Assembly: GCA_964534545.1 (NCBI GenBank)
Contig: CAZHQS010000001.1
Location: 1-51,029, forward strand
Source: Candidatus Hydrothermarchaeota archaeon
Lineage (GTDB): Archaea; Hydrothermarchaeota; Hydrothermarchaeia; Hydrothermarchaeales; JAADFM01
Length of the DNA: 51,029 nucleotides
Reading direction: 5' to 3'
Position numbers and translations under genes: made by a program. Below, piece after piece: positions 16,258 to 25,739 of the stretch (position 1 is its first letter; every line of letters starts with the position of its first letter). The notes below the pieces were generated by a model. That model ran no database searches. It was given only the letters and a program-made list of their open reading frames with translations, and was not told the origin of the DNA.

Positions 16258-18420
16258 TCATCTACCTCTCTTATCCTGGTAATCATTGATTGAGTATCCT
16301 TCCACCTCCTCCGAAGCGCAGGTGTAGGTCCAGTAGCCGATGAGGGTGTCCTTGGCGATTCTCCTAGTCTGTTCCCACATGGCCTCCGGGGAGGGATTGG
16401 CCTCCTCCATACAGACCTGGGCCATCATTCCCCCGGTATTCAGGGGATGGAAGGCCCCCTCTAACCGGAGCCTCTCCATCAGGGGCACCCGGGCATCCAC
16501 CCGGACATGGGAGGAGTTGGTGTAATATATGCTCCCGGCCTCCCTGTCCCCCTGGACCACGGCCCTGGATGAGAACCTGCCATAGTCGAGCTTTGCCAGG
16601 CGGTAGGCCGTGGACTCTGCCGGGCTCTGGCTCAGGACCCACCGGAGTCCCGTCTCCTCGCTCCAGCGCCTGGTGGCCTCTGACATATATCCTACAACCT
16701 TCAGGCCGAAGCGCCAGGCAGCTTCGTCCTGGTGCATCTCATGGCCCGTGAAGGCCCTGCACATCTCGTTGACACCCACGTAGCCCAGGGAGTGGACCGC
16801 CCGGTTTATCCTGTAGTAGGGCTCCCCCTCCACATCCTGGCTCAGGAAGGGCAGGTGGCCGCCCTCCAGCCTGCTCCGGATGATGTCCCTTTTCACCTCG
16901 ATGGTCCTCTTGGCCATCTCCATGCGCTCCTCCAGGATCTGGTAGAACTTCGAATCGTCGCCGGCTGCCTCGTAGGCGATCCTGGGCAGATTGACGGAGA
17001 CCACCTGGAGGCTCCCGGTGCGCAGGGTCCCCCTCATCAGGTCCTCCAGGTCTTCCCTGTCAGGTTGCAGAAGGAGTCTGCCGCCCTGGGCGAAGGTATT
17101 GTCCGGGAGGTAGTCAGCATGTAGATTGAGGAAGTAGGGGGTCCCGTATTTGACCGCCGTTTCATGTACCTGGACCATAAAGTCGTCGTAGCCCTCCTTC
17201 TTCAGGTCCTCCTTTCTCAGCTTGTAGTTAGGCCGGGGAAAGGAGAAGGGCTTCCCGGTGTGGTCCCCCTCCAGGTAGACCTCGGTGAGGGCCCGGGCAA
17301 AGAGCCTGGCCTCCTCTTCGAAATCACCATAGGTGACCCGGTCCCTGACTATGCCCCCAGGGAGAACGGCCGGGACGTCGGCCACCATGGAGGGGCACCC
17401 GTACTCGATGTCTATATCTGAGAAGACGGTCTGACCCCCCCGCCCCACGTACATCTGGCTTATCTCATAGATGCACATCTGGGCCAGCTGTTTTATCCTG
17501 GGGTAGTCCAGGCCCTCCAGGTAGGGCGCAAGCCAGAGGTTGAAGAAGTCCAGATCCTGACCCCCGGCGAAGTTGGTCTGGGCCGCTGCCAGGACCTTGG
17601 CGGCATGGAGGACGGCCACCTCGGCCTTCTTGGCCGGTCCGGCCACGGAGGTGTGCTTCCCGGTCCCGTCCACCTTCAGGCCGGTCCTCAAAAACCACCG
17701 GAGGTCGTGCTGGCCGCAGTAGGGCCTGGTGGGGAAATACTCCAGGTCATGGATATGGATGTCCCCCCGCATGTGGGCATCGGCCAGGTCCAGGGGCAGG
17801 ACCTTCAGGAGGGTGTACTCCCTGAAGATGTTGTCTGCCATGAGCTTGTGGATGGTCTCGGGGTTGTGCAGGTTGGCCCTTTCGGCGGAATCTATCTCAA
17901 TGAGGCGGGTGGCATCGTAGACCGGCATCCCCAGCCGGGTATAGTCCGCCCGGGCCTCCTCCAGGCCGTGCTCCAGAAGCTTGACGTTGACGATCTCCCT
18001 GATCAGGGGGCCGCTTATGAAGTCGAGCTTCAACCGCCGAAGCTCATCCTCCGCCTCCCTGGCCACATTCTCGGCCACCTCCTGGGGGATCCTGGTTTCC
18101 TGTAGCAGGGACCGGGTAATCTTTTTCCTGTCGAAGGACTCGATGGTGTTATCCGAGGTCCGCACCTTCATGGAATGAAACTGCCTGTAGCGCTCGGCAT
18201 CCTCGGGGCTCTTCCTTGCAAGGGCCTCCAGGGTCTCCTGCTGGAGGTCCCTGGTGGATATGCCGTCATAGACCTCCCGGGCCACCTCCTGGGCCACCTC
18301 GGCTGCCGTGTAGAAGCCGATACCTGCCTCCACGCACTCCCTCATTATGACGTTGGGGTCGAAGTTCTCGGTATCTCCGGAGGACTTTACCACCCTGACA
18401 CCATACTTTGCCACTGCCAT
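16258..18420 (-). CDS. nrdD: class III (anaerobic) ribonucleotide reductase homologue with ATP-cone; catalytic motifs atypical
   Basis: ATP-cone at the N-terminus. GDIHIHDLEYF..YCGQHDL, GKPFSFPRPNY, GTPYFLNL and VVSVNLPRIAYEA match NrdD. ATG 18420 is preferred over TTG 18456. See the finding on the missing Cys. Confidence 0.75.
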   Translation of the reverse strand: MAVAKYGVRVVKSSGDTENFDPNVIMRECVEAGIGFYTAAEVAQEVAREVYDGISTRDLQQETLEALARKSPEDAERYRQFHSMKVRTSDNTIESFDRKKITRSLLQETRIPQEVAENVAREAEDELRRLKLDFISGPLIREIVNVKLLEHGLEEARADYTRLGMPVYDATRLIEIDSAERANLHNPETIHKLMADNIFREYTLLKVLPLDLADAHMRGDIHIHDLEYFPTRPYCGQHDLRWFLRTGLKVDGTGKHTSVAGPAKKAEVAVLHAAKVLAAAQTNFAGGQDLDFFNLWLAPYLEGLDYPRIKQLAQMCIYEISQMYVGRGGQTVFSDIDIEYGCPSMVADVPAVLPGGIVRDRVTYGDFEEEARLFARALTEVYLEGDHTGKPFSFPRPNYKLRKEDLKKEGYDDFMVQVHETAVKYGTPYFLNLHADYLPDNTFAQGGRLLLQPDREDLEDLMRGTLRTGSLQVVSVNLPRIAYEAAGDDSKFYQILEERMEMAKRTIEVKRDIIRSRLEGGHLPFLSQDVEGEPYYRINRAVHSLGYVGVNEMCRAFTGHEMHQDEAAWRFGLKVVGYMSEATRRWSEETGLRWVLSQSPAESTAYRLAKLDYGRFSSRAVVQGDREAGSIYYTNSSHVRVDARVPLMERLRLEGAFHPLNTGGMMAQVCMEEANPSPEAMWEQTRRIAKDTLIGYWTYTCASEEVEGYSINDYQDKRGR

Positions 18421-18631
18421 CTTTATTGACCCCGACGTATTTAAGTTTTCGAACAATAGTATCCTAAACTGTTAACCAATTCTAAGTATCATACATATAT
18501 AAATGTTTCTGACTGGTTATGTTAACTATAAAGGGGAAATTATTTATATATGTAAACCAACCGATATTGGATAGGTATCAAATCTCTTTAGTGGTTAGAA
18601 AGGTTAACCGATGCCACCAGTGGAGTGAAAG

Positions 18632-19069
18632 ATGGACGAAACCGATAGGAAGATCCTTCAGGTGTTGATGGAAAATTCCCGGACCTCCTACAAGGAGATC
18701 GCCAAGTCTGTCCAGATATCGGATGTGGCCGTCCACAAGAGGATTAAGAAGCTCCGTGACGTCATAGATTCCTTCACCATAACCGTGAAACAGGGGGAGA
18801 TGGGCAAGGGGGTCTGCGCCCTTGTTCTCATCCGATGCGAGGTGGGCAGGACAGGGGAGATCGGGAAAAGGCTGGCCGAGATCCCGGACGTGGCGGAGGT
18901 CTACCTCTCCCTGGGGGACTGCGACATCATAGCCAAGGTGAGGACCGGGACCATGGATACCCTGAAAGAGATGGTGGAGAAGGAGTTCTCCAGGATAGGG
19001 GGCCTCATCGAGATTCGGACCAACGTGGTCTTTGACTGCCTGAAGGAGGAGATCAACCTGGTATTTTAA
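18632..19069 (+). CDS. Lrp/AsnC family transcriptional regulator
   Basis: 145 aa. DETDRKILQVLMENSRTSYKEIAKSVQISDVAVHKRIKKL HTH plus a RAM domain. Confidence 0.9.
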   Translation: MDETDRKILQVLMENSRTSYKEIAKSVQISDVAVHKRIKKLRDVIDSFTITVKQGEMGKGVCALVLIRCEVGRTGEIGKRLAEIPDVAEVYLSLGDCDIIAKVRTGTMDTLKEMVEKEFSRIGGLIEIRTNVVFDCLKEEINLVF

Positions 19070-19123
19070 AATCGAAAGTCTTAAAAAGGCAGGGTCATAC
19101 CTATTTGACGGAGGGACGAGAAG

Positions 19124-19558
19124 ATGGAGACCACCCGGGTAAAGGACGTCATGACCAAGGGAGTCATAGGGGTTGATGTTTCCACCCCGATCCTTGAGGC
19201 GGCAAAGGAGATGGAGCGCCGGGACATATCGAGCATTGTGATTCTGGATGGGGGGGAACCTGTAGGGATAGTAACAGAGAAGGACCTGGTGCGGCGGGTC
19301 CTTATAGGGGGCCTCCCCCTGGACACCGAGGTCAGGGAAATCATGAGTTCTCCCCTCATCACCGTGGAGCCCGACACCGAGCTGTGCGAGGTATCAAAAC
19401 TCATGGCCGATGCAAGGATCAGGAGGCTGCCGGTAAGGAAGGGAAAGGATCTGGTGGGCATCATCACGGCCACGGATATCTTCGAGATATCGCCCCGCTG
19501 CGAGACCGAGTTCGTTAAGACCTTCCGTACCCTCGAGGACCTTTTAGGGAAGCTCTAG
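19124..19558 (+). CDS. CBS-domain pair protein
   Basis: 144 aa with two CBS repeats (VKDVMTKGVIGVD.., VREIMSSPLITVEPD.., RRLPVRKGKDLVGIITATDI). Confidence 0.9.
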   Translation: METTRVKDVMTKGVIGVDVSTPILEAAKEMERRDISSIVILDGGEPVGIVTEKDLVRRVLIGGLPLDTEVREIMSSPLITVEPDTELCEVSKLMADARIRRLPVRKGKDLVGIITATDIFEISPRCETEFVKTFRTLEDLLGKL

Positions 19559-19569
19559 GTTAGGGGGTC

Positions 19570-20988
19570 CTACTCCTCCTTCTCCTCCACCCCCACCACC
19601 CCGAAGAACCTGTCGGTGACGGCCTCCTCGGCAAGCTTCAAGAGGGCTTCCTTGTTCCTGGCCCCACCGAAGAGGCCCAGGGGTATCTTGGCCGCCGCCG
19701 CAGTGGCATGACCCCCGGCCTGGCCGATGTCCCCGAAGGCCGCCTCCATGGCCTTGCCGAGGTTTAACCGGATGTCCCTGTTCCGGGCGGATATGTGGAC
19801 CACATCCTTGCCCAGGCCGTATACCAGGACCGTGGAGATCCCCTCCAGGTTCAACAGGTAGTCAGCTGCCTGGGGGAGGGTATCCCGGTCCCGGATGAAC
19901 CCCACATTGGAGAGAAGGTAGGAACCCTTGATGTTTCTGTTGTGGATGGCCTCGCCAAGGACATCCAAGGTCTCAGCGGACATGAGGGGGGACTCGATCT
20001 TGCGCAGGAGGTCGTGGTCGGCCTTTGGGTAGAGAAGGGCCACGGCGCTGAGGTCAGGGGGGGTCGCCCCCCGGGTGAAGTCCTGGGTATCGGTCTTTAT
20101 CCCATAGAGGAGGACGGTGGCGAGCTCCTGGTCGATCTCCACCCCCATCTGCACCAGGTACTCGGTCATCATGGTGGAGGTGGCCCCCAGGTCGGGCCTG
20201 ATATCTATGTAGTCCCCCTTCACCTTCCTCATATCCACCTGGTGGTGGTCGATGATGATATCGGGTATGAATTTGGGGTCCAGGTGGTTGTTCTGGCCCG
20301 GGATGGAGGATTCGATGAGGGCGATCTTGGAGTAGTTCTTCAGGTCCTCGGAATGGGAGAAGGGGGACATCTCTATGCCCAGGAGGTTTATGAGGGCCTT
20401 GTTCTCCTCGTGGCCGATCTCACCGCTGTAGATGATATCTGCCTTCTTTCCCAGGGTGGTCACGATGAGCTTCAGGGCCAGGGCCGAGGCGATGGCATCC
20501 GGGTCGGGGTTATCCTGGGTCACGATGGCAACCCCCTTTTTCGCCTCCCTGATGATCCCAGTCAGACACTTGATCTTCCGCTTAATATCAATCTCTTCGA
20601 GACACTGGATGGTCGCCTCTGCCACCACTGCCGTTGGGTATATGATGACGTCCGCCTCCCCCTTTTTGAACTCCCCGGCGGTGCTCTTCTTGCCTGCCCT
20701 GACCACTATGGGCACGGTGGGGTTCAGCCTTCTAACGGCCCGGATGGCCTTTTTGTTTAGCTCGAGGTCGGTGGTGAGGACCAGGACGGCGTCTGCATCC
20801 TTCAGATTGGCAGCCTTCAGGTCATGGGGAGAGGTCATGTCCCCCTGGACCACCCCCTCAAAGCCCTGCTCCTTCAGGCTCTCGACGCGTTTCTCATCCA
20901 GGTCTATAATGGAGAGTTCCTTTTCCATCTCCTTCAGTCTCGTGGCCACAAGATAGCCGGCAGTTCCACAACCAAGAATGAGATACAT
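19570..20988 (-). CDS. TrkA-N (NAD-binding) domain fused to DHH/DHHA1 phosphoesterase (NrnA-like)
   Basis: ILGCGTAGYLVA Rossmann motif. DHH motif IIIDHHQ. DHHA1 motif GQAGGHATAAAA. Confidence 0.85.
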   Translation of the reverse strand: MYLILGCGTAGYLVATRLKEMEKELSIIDLDEKRVESLKEQGFEGVVQGDMTSPHDLKAANLKDADAVLVLTTDLELNKKAIRAVRRLNPTVPIVVRAGKKSTAGEFKKGEADVIIYPTAVVAEATIQCLEEIDIKRKIKCLTGIIREAKKGVAIVTQDNPDPDAIASALALKLIVTTLGKKADIIYSGEIGHEENKALINLLGIEMSPFSHSEDLKNYSKIALIESSIPGQNNHLDPKFIPDIIIDHHQVDMRKVKGDYIDIRPDLGATSTMMTEYLVQMGVEIDQELATVLLYGIKTDTQDFTRGATPPDLSAVALLYPKADHDLLRKIESPLMSAETLDVLGEAIHNRNIKGSYLLSNVGFIRDRDTLPQAADYLLNLEGISTVLVYGLGKDVVHISARNRDIRLNLGKAMEAAFGDIGQAGGHATAAAAKIPLGLFGGARNKEALLKLAEEAVTDRFFGVVGVEEKEE

Positions 20989-21062
20989 CAGACCACCGTC
21001 CTTACAAAAGCATTAATATGATAACTTTTACATTACTTAAATCTTTTCAAGGAGAGGTCAAG

Positions 21063-22334
21063 ATGAAAGAAGTTAACGAGGCCATAAGGCTGACAGGAGA
21101 GCACAACACGTGGAGGTCGCGGTGCATAAACCTCATCGCCTCCGAGAACGTCATGAGCCCCCTGGCCTGGAGGGTCTACAACTGCGATTTCGAGCACAGA
21201 TATGCCGAGGGCATGCCCAAGAAGAGGTTCTACCAGGGACTGGAGTATCTAGACGAGGTGGAGCTTCTGGCGGTGGACCTGGCCAAGAGGCTCCTCAGGG
21301 CCGAGTACGCCGATTTAAGGCCCGTCTCGGGCAGCCTTGCCATCCTGACCATCCTGTCATCCTTTGCCAAACCCGGGGACCCCTATGTGGCACCGTCGGT
21401 ACCTGCCGGAGCCCACATCAGTCAGGCCGAGTTCGGTGCCGCGGGAATCAGGGGATTGGAGACCCATCACCTGGTCCTGGACGAGAAGGAGATGACCCTG
21501 GACGCAGAAAAATGCAAAAAGGTCATCCGGGATGCCAGGCCGAAGCTCATAAACGCCGGGGGGACCGTCCTTCTTTTCCCCCATCCCCTGGAGGAACTCA
21601 GGGAGGCAGCTGACGAAGTAGGCTCCATCCTGACCTACGACGCCTCCCATGTCCTCGGACTCATAGCAGGGGGCCAGTTCCAGGACCCCCTGAGGGAGGG
21701 GGCCGATGTTGTGGGGGCTTCCCATCACAAGACCTTCCCCGGCCCCCAGGGGGCCATGATCTTCGGGAGCAACCCGGAGCACTACAAGAAAATCAAGCCC
21801 AAGATCTTTCCCGGCCTGGTGTCCAACCATCACCTCCACCGCCTGCCGGCCATGGTGGTGACCCTGGCAGAGATGCTGGAGTTCGGCAAGGAATACGCGG
21901 CCCAGGGAGTCAGGAACTCCAGGGCCCTGGCCCAGGGGCTCTATGAACGGGGTTTTAATGTCCTCTGCGAACACAAGGGCTTCACCAGTTCTCACCAGGT
22001 CATAGTGGATGTATCCCAAAACAGGGGCGGGACCTGGGTGGCCGAGACCCTTGAGAAGGCCAACATCATCCTGAACAAGAACCTCCTGCCCTGGGACGAT
22101 GTCAACAGGTCCAAGGAGCCCTCAGGTATAAGGATCGGCGTCCAGGAGATGACAAGATACGGGATGAAGGAGAGTGAGATGGAGGCCATTGCGGAGTTCA
22201 TAGAAAGGGTGGTGATAAAGGAGGAGGACCCGGAGTCAGTGAAGGAGGATGTCATGGAGTTCAGGGATGGTTTTGACCGCATCCAATACTGCTTTGACGC
22301 CACTAAGTTTAAATATGAGTTCAATGTAAGGTAG
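21063..22334 (+). CDS. glyA: serine hydroxymethyltransferase
   Basis: LIASENVMSP, RYAEG and ASHHKTFPGPQGAMI (PLP lysine). ATG 21063 with a GGAGAGG RBS inside track ORF 21018..22334. Confidence 0.95.
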   Translation: MKEVNEAIRLTGEHNTWRSRCINLIASENVMSPLAWRVYNCDFEHRYAEGMPKKRFYQGLEYLDEVELLAVDLAKRLLRAEYADLRPVSGSLAILTILSSFAKPGDPYVAPSVPAGAHISQAEFGAAGIRGLETHHLVLDEKEMTLDAEKCKKVIRDARPKLINAGGTVLLFPHPLEELREAADEVGSILTYDASHVLGLIAGGQFQDPLREGADVVGASHHKTFPGPQGAMIFGSNPEHYKKIKPKIFPGLVSNHHLHRLPAMVVTLAEMLEFGKEYAAQGVRNSRALAQGLYERGFNVLCEHKGFTSSHQVIVDVSQNRGGTWVAETLEKANIILNKNLLPWDDVNRSKEPSGIRIGVQEMTRYGMKESEMEAIAEFIERVVIKEEDPESVKEDVMEFRDGFDRIQYCFDATKFKYEFNVR

Positions 22335-22340
22335 CAGAAA

Positions 22341-22358
22341 TCCCTCCTCCCTTTTTTC
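22341..22358 (+). terminator. pyrimidine-rich stretch ending in a T6 tract after glyA
   Basis: TCCCTCCTCCCTTTTTTC lies 7 nt after the glyA stop. Archaeal terminators are oligo-T tracts. Confidence 0.35.
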
Positions 22359-22418
22359 TGGAGTGGGTATGAAAAGGTTTATGGTGTATAGATACCCTGT
22401 ATTTTTGGTGAGCCAGAG

Positions 22419-23264
22419 ATGGACCCAGAGGAAGAACTGGATAGATTGTTGGAAGAACGAAAGGACCTCGATATTGAGATAAAGGACCTGAAGAGGGAGA
22501 TTTCCAAGAGACGAGGGATATTGAGGGAGCTGGGGAAGAAAAAGAGGGACGTCATCGAGGTCATAAAGGTCAGGAACAGGGAGGCCAACAAGTACCGGCA
22601 GCTCCGGGATGAGCTCAACAAGAAGGTCAAGACCCACAAGAAGGAGAGGGAGAGGCACAACAAGAAGGTCAAGGAGCTGGCCGAAGAGTACAAGAAGCTC
22701 AAGGAGACGGTCCCTCCTGGCAATTTCAGGGCCATGGAGAAGGAGATAAATGCCCTGGAGTGGAAGATTCAGACCCGGGTCTTCGAGATAAAGAAAGAGG
22801 ACGAACTGGTAGACAGGATAAACAGCCTCAAGATGGCTTTAAAGGATTACCAGGAGATTCTGAAGGTCGCAAAGGAGATTGACAGGCACAGGAAGGAGTC
22901 CAAAAAGGTACACAAAAAGATATTAAAGCTCTCGGAGGAATCCCAGGTAAACCACGAGGAGTTCCTAAAGGCAGTTGAAAAGATCAAGGAGCTGGAGGCC
23001 AAGATCGACGAGTTCAACAAGGAACGGGATGAGGTGGGCCAGGGCCTTGATGAATTGAAAGAAGAACTGAAGGTGCTCCAGGCCAAGGGCAAGGAGCTGG
23101 ACAAGAAGATCAAGGATATGGAGATCGAGGCGGATATCGCCGTCACCGAAAAGAGTGAGACCGAACTGAAGGAAGAGGCCAAGGTGGTCTACGAGCGGTT
23201 CAAAAATGGTGAAAAGCTGGATCTGGAGGATATATACCTTCTAAGGAGATTTAACCTGGTTTGA
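22419..23264 (+). CDS. archaeal coiled-coil protein (COG1340-like)
   Basis: 281 aa, almost entirely K/E-rich heptad coiled coil. Its position upstream of DUF373 is conserved in archaea. Confidence 0.6.
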   Translation: MDPEEELDRLLEERKDLDIEIKDLKREISKRRGILRELGKKKRDVIEVIKVRNREANKYRQLRDELNKKVKTHKKERERHNKKVKELAEEYKKLKETVPPGNFRAMEKEINALEWKIQTRVFEIKKEDELVDRINSLKMALKDYQEILKVAKEIDRHRKESKKVHKKILKLSEESQVNHEEFLKAVEKIKELEAKIDEFNKERDEVGQGLDELKEELKVLQAKGKELDKKIKDMEIEADIAVTEKSETELKEEAKVVYERFKNGEKLDLEDIYLLRRFNLV

Positions 23265-23265
23265 A

Positions 23266-24354
23266 ATGGAATATAAGCGGGTTCTCGTGATCTGCATTGA
23301 CCGGGACGGAGACATCCAGACAAAAATAGGGGTGAAGGGGCCGGTTGTCGGGAGGCTGAAGGTCTTTGATACGGCTGTAAGGCTTGGCCTCAAGGACCCT
23401 ACGGAGTCCGATACCAACGCCCTTTTCGAGGGAATCCGCATGTACGATGAGCTCAAGAGCAAGGGGGTCGAGGTGGAGGTTGCGGCCCTGGTGGGCAGCG
23501 AAAACGTGGGATACGAGTCGGATTCCATCATATCCTGGCAGCTGGACGAGGTCATCGGTCGAAGCAGGCCCGACGGCATCGTGGTGGTGACCGACGGGGC
23601 CGAAGACGAGTACATCCTCCCCCTGGTCCAGTCCCGGGGCAATATCATCTCCCTTAGAAGGGTCATCGTAAAGCAGAGCGAGAGGCTTGAGAGCACCTAT
23701 TATCTCATCCAGGAGTTCTTGCGGGAACTGGTGAGCGATCCAAAGCTCTCCAGGCTTCTCATAGGTGTCCCAGGGATAGCGGCCATCCTCTACATGATCC
23801 TGGGCCAGCACGGCTGGAGGCTCATCGTGGGGGTGGTGGGGGTCTTCCTCACCATCAAGGGCTTTGCCCTGGAGGGGGCGGTCCAGCGGGTCTATGACGA
23901 GCTCAGGTCATCCTTCATCTCAGGGAAGATGAGTTTCTTCACCTACGCGGTGGCCGCCATCATCGCCGCGGTGGGGATAGTGGTCGGCTATGAGGAGGTA
24001 ACAAAACCCGGCGTCCCCCCGGGGGACCTCTCCACCCTGGTTCCCCTCTTTATCACTGCCTCGGTGGACCTCTTCCTCTTTGCCTGCATGGTGGCCCTCA
24101 TGGGGAAGCTCATGGACGGGATCCTGGAGGGGGAGAAGCTCTCTAAATACATTATCCTGGGCGTCTTCGCCCTGGCCCTGCGGATCATCCTGGACGCGGT
24201 GAGCCGGTTCATGCTGGGGGACATGGACAACATCAGTCTCGCCTTTTCAGTGGCCCTGGGTCTGGTACTTTCCATGTTCGCTTTCCTTTCCATAAGGTCC
24301 CTGAAGGCCCCGGAGTCCCTACCCCAGGAGGAATCAGAGAAGGCGGTACAGTAG
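23266..24354 (+). CDS. DUF373 family membrane protein
   Basis: N-terminal soluble domain VLVICIDRDGD.., DGIVVVTDGAEDEYILPLVQSR, followed by about 6 TM helices. Confidence 0.7.
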   Translation: MEYKRVLVICIDRDGDIQTKIGVKGPVVGRLKVFDTAVRLGLKDPTESDTNALFEGIRMYDELKSKGVEVEVAALVGSENVGYESDSIISWQLDEVIGRSRPDGIVVVTDGAEDEYILPLVQSRGNIISLRRVIVKQSERLESTYYLIQEFLRELVSDPKLSRLLIGVPGIAAILYMILGQHGWRLIVGVVGVFLTIKGFALEGAVQRVYDELRSSFISGKMSFFTYAVAAIIAAVGIVVGYEEVTKPGVPPGDLSTLVPLFITASVDLFLFACMVALMGKLMDGILEGEKLSKYIILGVFALALRIILDAVSRFMLGDMDNISLAFSVALGLVLSMFAFLSIRSLKAPESLPQEESEKAVQ

Positions 24355-25701
24355 CATGCTGGCCAGGCCGAAATAGATGAAAAGGCCAAGGATGTCCTGG
24401 ATGGTGGTTATGAAGGGGCTGGAGGAGATGGCGGGGTCGATCCCCATGCGGTCAAAGGCCTTGGGTATGAGGACCCCGGTCACACTGGCCACGGCCATGG
24501 TGCAGAACATGGCGGCCCCCACCACCACGCCTATGGCGGGCTCGTTTATGAGGACGATGGCCACCCCGGCCACCCCGGTGGCCACCAGGCCGCCCATGAT
24601 CAGGCCGATCTTCACCTCCCGCAGGAAGTACTTCACGTAGTTCCCCATCTCCCCTGTGGCCACCCTCCGGACAAAGAGTGTGGAGGACTGGACCCCCACG
24701 TTCCCCCCCATGGTCATTATTACAGGGATAAACAGGGCCAGGGTAACCACGATGGTGTCCTCCAGACCCCTCTGGTAGGATTTGAGGAGCCAGGAGTTGA
24801 AGAGACCGTCCCCCACCAGGGCGAAGACCAGCCAGGGCATCCTGGAGCGGACCACCGTGAGGGCCGGGGCGTCGGTCAGCTTGTCGATGTCCCCGTGGGT
24901 ACCGGAGAAATGGGCGATATCCTCGCTGGCCTCGTCCTCTATGACGTCTATGATGTCGTCCACCGTGATGATGCCCAGGAACTTGCCCTCCTCGTCCACC
25001 ACGGGCACGGCGGTGAGGTCGTAGTCGGCGGTGATCCTGGCCACTTCTTCCTGGTCCATGGTCAAGGGGACCTTTATGACCTCGGGGGTCATGATGTCCT
25101 CCAGGGTCTCGTTGGGAGAGGCCAGGACCAGGTCCCTTAAGGAGAGGACCCCCACCAGGGCGCCCCGGTCGTCGGTGACATAGATGTAGTAGACGGTCTC
25201 GAAGTCCCTGGCCTTCTTCCTCAGGAATTCTGTGGCCTCGCTGACCAGGACGTCTTTTTTAAAGGAGACCGCCTCGGTGGTCATGAGCCCGCCCGCGGTG
25301 TCCCTGGGGTGCCTCAGGAGCTTCCGGGTGAGCTCGGCCTCCTTTTTGGTGAAGAATTTCAGTATGGACCTGCGGGTGTGGAGGGGCAGGTCCTTGAGGA
25401 CGTCGACCCTTTCGTCGATGGGGATTCTCCTGAGGAGGCTGGCGGCGGAGATGGGGGGGAGGAGGGCGATGAATTCAAGCTGTTTTTCTTCAGGTAGCTC
25501 GGGCACCACTTCGGCAAGGATGCGCCGGGGCAGGTGGTTGAGGACCTGGTACTGGAGATGGCCCTCCAGGCCCTGGATGAAATCCGAGATGTCGTAGGGG
25601 TGGATGTCTTCCAGGGCCTCTTTAAGCTCCTGCCACTTCTTTTCCCGGGCCAGCACAGTGAGGGTTTCGAGGGTTTTTTCGTCCAGGGTCATTTCTACCA
25701 C
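24334..25701 (-). CDS. mgtE: magnesium transporter MgtE
   Basis: 455 aa: MgtE N-domain, two CBS domains, and a TM domain with GNVGVQSS and PFITTIQDILGLFIYF. Confidence 0.95.
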   Translation of the reverse strand: MVEMTLDEKTLETLTVLAREKKWQELKEALEDIHPYDISDFIQGLEGHLQYQVLNHLPRRILAEVVPELPEEKQLEFIALLPPISAASLLRRIPIDERVDVLKDLPLHTRRSILKFFTKKEAELTRKLLRHPRDTAGGLMTTEAVSFKKDVLVSEATEFLRKKARDFETVYYIYVTDDRGALVGVLSLRDLVLASPNETLEDIMTPEVIKVPLTMDQEEVARITADYDLTAVPVVDEEGKFLGIITVDDIIDVIEDEASEDIAHFSGTHGDIDKLTDAPALTVVRSRMPWLVFALVGDGLFNSWLLKSYQRGLEDTIVVTLALFIPVIMTMGGNVGVQSSTLFVRRVATGEMGNYVKYFLREVKIGLIMGGLVATGVAGVAIVLINEPAIGVVVGAAMFCTMAVASVTGVLIPKAFDRMGIDPAISSSPFITTIQDILGLFIYFGLASMLLYRLL

Positions 25702-25739
25702 TCGTAAGATTATTATAGACCTATAAAATACTTTTAGGT

